Assembly: GCA_005879065.1 (NCBI GenBank) | Contig: VBLU01000083.1 | Coordinates: 1 to 48,495, forward strand | DNA from: Methanobacteriota archaeon | Lineage (GTDB): Archaea; Thermoplasmatota; Thermoplasmata; RBG-16-68-12 | DNA length: 48,495 nucleotides | Reading direction: 5' to 3' | In this document: in pieces, positions 43,355-48,495 of the stretch | Layout of the letters: every line of letters begins with the position of its first letter | How positions within the stretch are numbered: position 1 is the first letter of the stretch | Notes under the pieces: generated by a model | What the model saw: the letters and a program-made list of their open reading frames with translations, nothing else | What the model was told of the DNA's origin: nothing | Databases searched by the model: none | Position numbers and translations under genes: made by a program

Positions 43355-44379
43355 TCCAGAGGAAAGAGACATTCACGATCGCTCGTAGTTCGTCCGCGAT
43401 CTCGGAGGCCATCTTCCTCGGCGTGCATTCGGGAAAGCGGACGGGACACGGGGTCGCGGTCCCGACCGACGTGACGCGCGAGAATGTCCATTCCGTCTTG
43501 AACACGCTCCAGGGTTTCGCGCGAACGTTCGGAGGCGTCGAATTCGAGAAGCCCTTCCAACTTCAGGAACGGATGGACAAGTTGGCCGCGAACCAACCGA
43601 GCGCTCGAGCGGCCGTGGAGATGGCCTTGTTCGACCTATCGGCGCAGGCGGCAGGCATGCCGCTGTATGCCTATCTCGGCGGGCGCCGGGACCGGATGCT
43701 GACCGACATGACGGTCGGGATCATGGCTACGGACGCCGCGGTCGACCGCGCCCGTCGCTGGGCGGGAGTCGGGTTCCGCGCACTCAAGATCAAAGTCGGC
43801 AGGGATTGGAAAGCCGATGTGAAACGCGTAAAGGCAATCCGCGATGCGGTGGGTAAGGACATCGAGCTCCGAGTCGACGGGAACCAGGGGTATTCCTGGA
43901 GCGATGCATTGTCCTTTGCGCGGAACGCCCGGAACGAAGGGGTCGCTTTCTTCGAGCAGCCGGTCTCCGTCAATGACTGGGAGGGGATGCGCGCACTCAC
44001 GGAATCCTCCCCGATCCCGATCATGGCGGATGAGATGGTCCTGACGCCGGACGATGTGAAGAAACTTCGGTGGAGCAACGCCGCCCGGGCCGTGAACATG
44101 AAACTGATGAAACACGGGGGGATCCTCCGCTCGATGGAGGTGAACACGCTTTGCGAGGCGGCGGGATATCCGACGATGGTCGGATGCATGGGGGAGCCGC
44201 AGCTCTCCGTCGCCGCCGGACTCCATTTCGCGTTGGCGCAAAAGAACGTCCGCTGGCTCGACCTCGACTCCCATTTCAAGTTCTCGTCCGATCCCACGTC
44301 CGGCCTGCGGTTCGACAAGGGTGAGCTCGTCGCACCGTCGAAACCGGGTCTCGGTATCGACGTGAAATTCCCGACGTGA
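43318..44379 (+). CDS. Enolase-superfamily dipeptide (L-Ala-D/L-Glu) epimerase / muconate cycloisomerase-like
   Basis: ORF 43294..44379, start at ATG 43318, 32 nt downstream of TTCATAT. LKIKVG, RVDGNQG, FFEQP, MADE and KLMKHGG. Confidence 0.8.
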   Translation: MRIDLMEFLPVTLQRKETFTIARSSSAISEAIFLGVHSGKRTGHGVAVPTDVTRENVHSVLNTLQGFARTFGGVEFEKPFQLQERMDKLAANQPSARAAVEMALFDLSAQAAGMPLYAYLGGRRDRMLTDMTVGIMATDAAVDRARRWAGVGFRALKIKVGRDWKADVKRVKAIRDAVGKDIELRVDGNQGYSWSDALSFARNARNEGVAFFEQPVSVNDWEGMRALTESSPIPIMADEMVLTPDDVKKLRWSNAARAVNMKLMKHGGILRSMEVNTLCEAAGYPTMVGCMGEPQLSVAAGLHFALAQKNVRWLDLDSHFKFSSDPTSGLRFDKGELVAPSKPGLGIDVKFPT

Positions 44380-46890
44380 TTAGGACTCGGCTTTTTGATC
44401 AGGCGGGGTCGCGGCGTCGGCGACGGCGGTCTCTTCTTCCGTCGGTCGGACGAGGCGGACCACGGCGGTGACCTTGTCCCCCTCGCTCAAACGTTGGATG
44501 CGGACGCCGCGAGCCGCGCGCCCGGTCTCACGGATCTCCTCGACGGGACACCGGATCACGATCCCTCCGACCGTGGTCACGAGGAGTTCGTCGATCGGCT
44601 CGACTTCGAGCACGGCGACGACGGGACTCTGTGCGGTCTTCATGTTCGTGGTCTTCACCCCTTGGCTCCCCCGGCGGGTCTTGCGGTATTCGCCGACCTT
44701 GGTCCTCTTCCCATACCCGCTCTCGAGGACCGTGAGGAGTTCCGTCTCCTCGCTCTTGACGAGGGCCATGGACACAACGCGATCTTCCTTTCGCAGACGC
44801 ATCCCACGTACGCCCGCCGCGGTCCGGCCCATCGCGCGGACCTCGCCGAGGCTGAAGCGGTTCGCGGAGCCGCCGGCCGATGCAAGGATGACCTCCGGGT
44901 CGCCGTCCGCGATCCGGGCCTCGACGAGCTCGTCGCCGTCGTTGAGCGCGATGGCGCGGATGCCTCGGACGTTCGGGCGCTTGAATGCGTCGAGGCGGGT
45001 CTGCTTGATCTTGCCGAGCTTCGTCGCAAACACGATCGTCCGCTTCGGGTCGAACTCTCGCACCGCGATCATGTCGAGGATACGCTCCCCGGGCTCGAGT
45101 CGCGGCAGGAGGTTCACGATCGGTTTCCCCTTCGCGTACCGGCTGCCGACCGGGATGCGGTAGGTCTTGAGCCAGTAGCACTGGCCCTTGCTCGAGAAGA
45201 ACAGGATGTAGTCGTGGCTCGACGCGGTGAAGAGGTTGACGACGAAGTCCTCCTCCTTCGTCTCCATGCCGGTCACGCCCTTGCCTCCGCGCCGTTGCGT
45301 GCGGTAGACGGTCGCCGGCACACGTTTGATGTATCCCGTGTTCGTGATCGTGACCACGACGTTCTCCTCGGGAATCAGATCCTCGACTTCCATGTCGTAG
45401 GCTTGGAGTTCGACCGTCGTGCGGCGGTCGTCGCCGAACTTCTCCTTCACCTCGAGGAACTCGGTCTTCAAGATGCCTAGGACCCGATCCTTCGACGCAA
45501 GGATGGATTCGAGGTCCTCGATCTTGTGGTTCAGGTCCGTCTTCTCCCTGCGGAGCTTTTCGATCTCGAGTCCGGTGAGCTGACGCAACGTCATCCCGAG
45601 GATCGCCTTCGCCTGGTTCTCGCTCAGGAGGTATCGGTTCATGAGGCCCGCTTGGGCTTCGTCCGCGTCTCGCGCCCGTCGGATCAGCCGGATCACTTCG
45701 TCGAGGTGGTCGACCGCCGTGATGAGGCCCTCCACGATGTGCAACCGTTCGCGCGCCTTCCGGAGGTCGAACTCCGTCCGCCGTCGGACCACGACGACTC
45801 GGTGGTCGATGAACGCCTGCATCGATTCCTTCAAGGGCAGGACCTTCGGCTGTCCGTCCAAGAGGGCGAGGTTGATCACGCCGAAGGTCGTCTCCATCTG
45901 GGTGTGGTGGTACAATTGGTTCAGCACGACGTCTTCCACGGCGTCGCGCTTCAGCTCCAAGACGATCCGCATCCCTTCCCGGTCGCTTTCGTCGCGGAGG
46001 TCCGTCACGCCGTCGATCCGTTTCGACTTGACGAGCAACGCGATCGATTCGACGAGGGCGGCTTTGCTGACCATGTACGGGATTTCCGTGATCACGATTC
46101 GCACTCGGTCGTGGCCCGCCTCTTCGTAGTTGGCCCTCGCGCGAATCCGGATGAGTCCGCGGCCGTCTCGATACGCGTCTGCGACCCCCTCGGCTCCGTA
46201 CAGGGTCCCGCCGGTCGGGAAGTCCGGTCCTCGGATCGGCCCTGTCTCCGGATTGTAGAGGTCGATGAGCCCCGCGTTCGGGTTGTCGATCAAGATGATG
46301 AGCGCGTCGACGATTTCACGTAGGTTGTGGGGCGGGATGTTCGTCGCCATGCCGACGGCGATGCCGCTGGAACCGTTCACGAGGAGATTCGGGAACTTCG
46401 ACGGGAGGACGGTCGGCTCCTTCAGCGTCCCGTCGAAGTTGTCCATCCAGTCGACCGTGTCCTTCTCCAGGTCCTCGAGCATCGCCTCCGCGGTCTTCGC
46501 GAGCCGGCATTCCGTGTACCGCATCGCGGCGGGCTCGTCCTCCGTGCTCCCCCAGTTTCCCTGCCCGTCGATCAGCGGGTAGCGGAGGGAGAAGCTCTGG
46601 ACCATCCGCGCCAGGGCGTCGTAGACCGCGAGGTCTCCATGCGGATGCCATTTTCCAAGGCACTCTCCGACCACCCGAGCAGCCTTCTTATGTTGTGAGC
46701 CGGAGCCCATGCCGAGCTCGTTCATCGCGTGCAGGATCCGCCGTTGGACCGGCTTGAGTCCGTCGCGCACGTCAGGCAATGCCCGCCCGACGATGACGCT
46801 CATCGCGTAGTCGATGTAGGATCGGTGAAGTTCGTCCTCGATCGGCTGCGGCGTCACACGAGGACGAGGTTCCTGGGCTTCCTCTGGCAT
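44380..46890 (-). CDS. gyrA: DNA gyrase subunit A
   Basis: 836 aa with [15 protein letters not shown], active-site AAMRYTE, and C-terminal beta-pinwheel repeats. It appears complete. Confidence 0.95.
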   Translation of the reverse strand: MPEEAQEPRPRVTPQPIEDELHRSYIDYAMSVIVGRALPDVRDGLKPVQRRILHAMNELGMGSGSQHKKAARVVGECLGKWHPHGDLAVYDALARMVQSFSLRYPLIDGQGNWGSTEDEPAAMRYTECRLAKTAEAMLEDLEKDTVDWMDNFDGTLKEPTVLPSKFPNLLVNGSSGIAVGMATNIPPHNLREIVDALIILIDNPNAGLIDLYNPETGPIRGPDFPTGGTLYGAEGVADAYRDGRGLIRIRARANYEEAGHDRVRIVITEIPYMVSKAALVESIALLVKSKRIDGVTDLRDESDREGMRIVLELKRDAVEDVVLNQLYHHTQMETTFGVINLALLDGQPKVLPLKESMQAFIDHRVVVVRRRTEFDLRKARERLHIVEGLITAVDHLDEVIRLIRRARDADEAQAGLMNRYLLSENQAKAILGMTLRQLTGLEIEKLRREKTDLNHKIEDLESILASKDRVLGILKTEFLEVKEKFGDDRRTTVELQAYDMEVEDLIPEENVVVTITNTGYIKRVPATVYRTQRRGGKGVTGMETKEEDFVVNLFTASSHDYILFFSSKGQCYWLKTYRIPVGSRYAKGKPIVNLLPRLEPGERILDMIAVREFDPKRTIVFATKLGKIKQTRLDAFKRPNVRGIRAIALNDGDELVEARIADGDPEVILASAGGSANRFSLGEVRAMGRTAAGVRGMRLRKEDRVVSMALVKSEETELLTVLESGYGKRTKVGEYRKTRRGSQGVKTTNMKTAQSPVVAVLEVEPIDELLVTTVGGIVIRCPVEEIRETGRAARGVRIQRLSEGDKVTAVVRLVRPTEEETAVADAATPPDQKAES

Positions 46891-46897
46891 GCTCCTC

Positions 46898-48495
<1,598 letters not shown>

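Overview
High-GC archaeal chromosomal window, euryarchaeote and Thermoplasmatota-like by gene content (aIF1A, aIF5A, Nop5, Csl4, Rio1, RtcB, DNA gyrase, haem-copper oxidase subunits; not verified by any search). It is densely coding, with about 50 genes. Most are housekeeping: rtcB (partial), speB, aIF5A, nop5, mtnA, tRNA-Val(CAC), coxIII/IV, a Ras-like GTPase with METTL5-like methylase and csl4, glyA, a ThiF/ThiI sulfur-transfer-like operon, uppS, a CDIN1-like nuclease, aIF1A-rio1-KH, ppdK, a PrsW protease, an FAH hydrolase, tmk, a HerA-like ATPase, pantoate kinase-coaBC, folC-nth-M20 peptidase, a dipeptide epimerase and gyrB-gyrA. The best candidate for an undescribed system is a translationally coupled operon at 24.9-34.1 kb. 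It encodes two MurG/GT28-like glycosyltransferases, two APH-fold kinases and an MsbA-like ABC exporter with a novel N-terminal extension, followed by a membrane-anchored purple-acid-phosphatase-like ectoenzyme. A degenerate second copy of the kinase plus phosphoesterase pair lies at 40.2-43.2 kb, bracketed by a duplicated promoter and 5' gene segment. A second candidate is a ThiF-like E1, a THUMP-less ThiI and a small protein that share an approximately 80-aa TBP-repeat-like domain. Caveat: at least four conserved genes (uppS, tmk, coaBC, gyrB), and possibly the second phosphoesterase, lack internal blocks exactly at their most conserved motifs. This looks more like collapsed assembly or scaffold gaps than biology and should be checked before any pseudogene interpretation. 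A TATA-like element 25-36 nt upstream of many start codons suggests mostly leaderless or short-leader transcripts, and I used it to re-place several starts. Many long ORFs in the track are antisense artefacts of the high GC content. No CRISPR array, rRNA or recognisable mobile element was seen.
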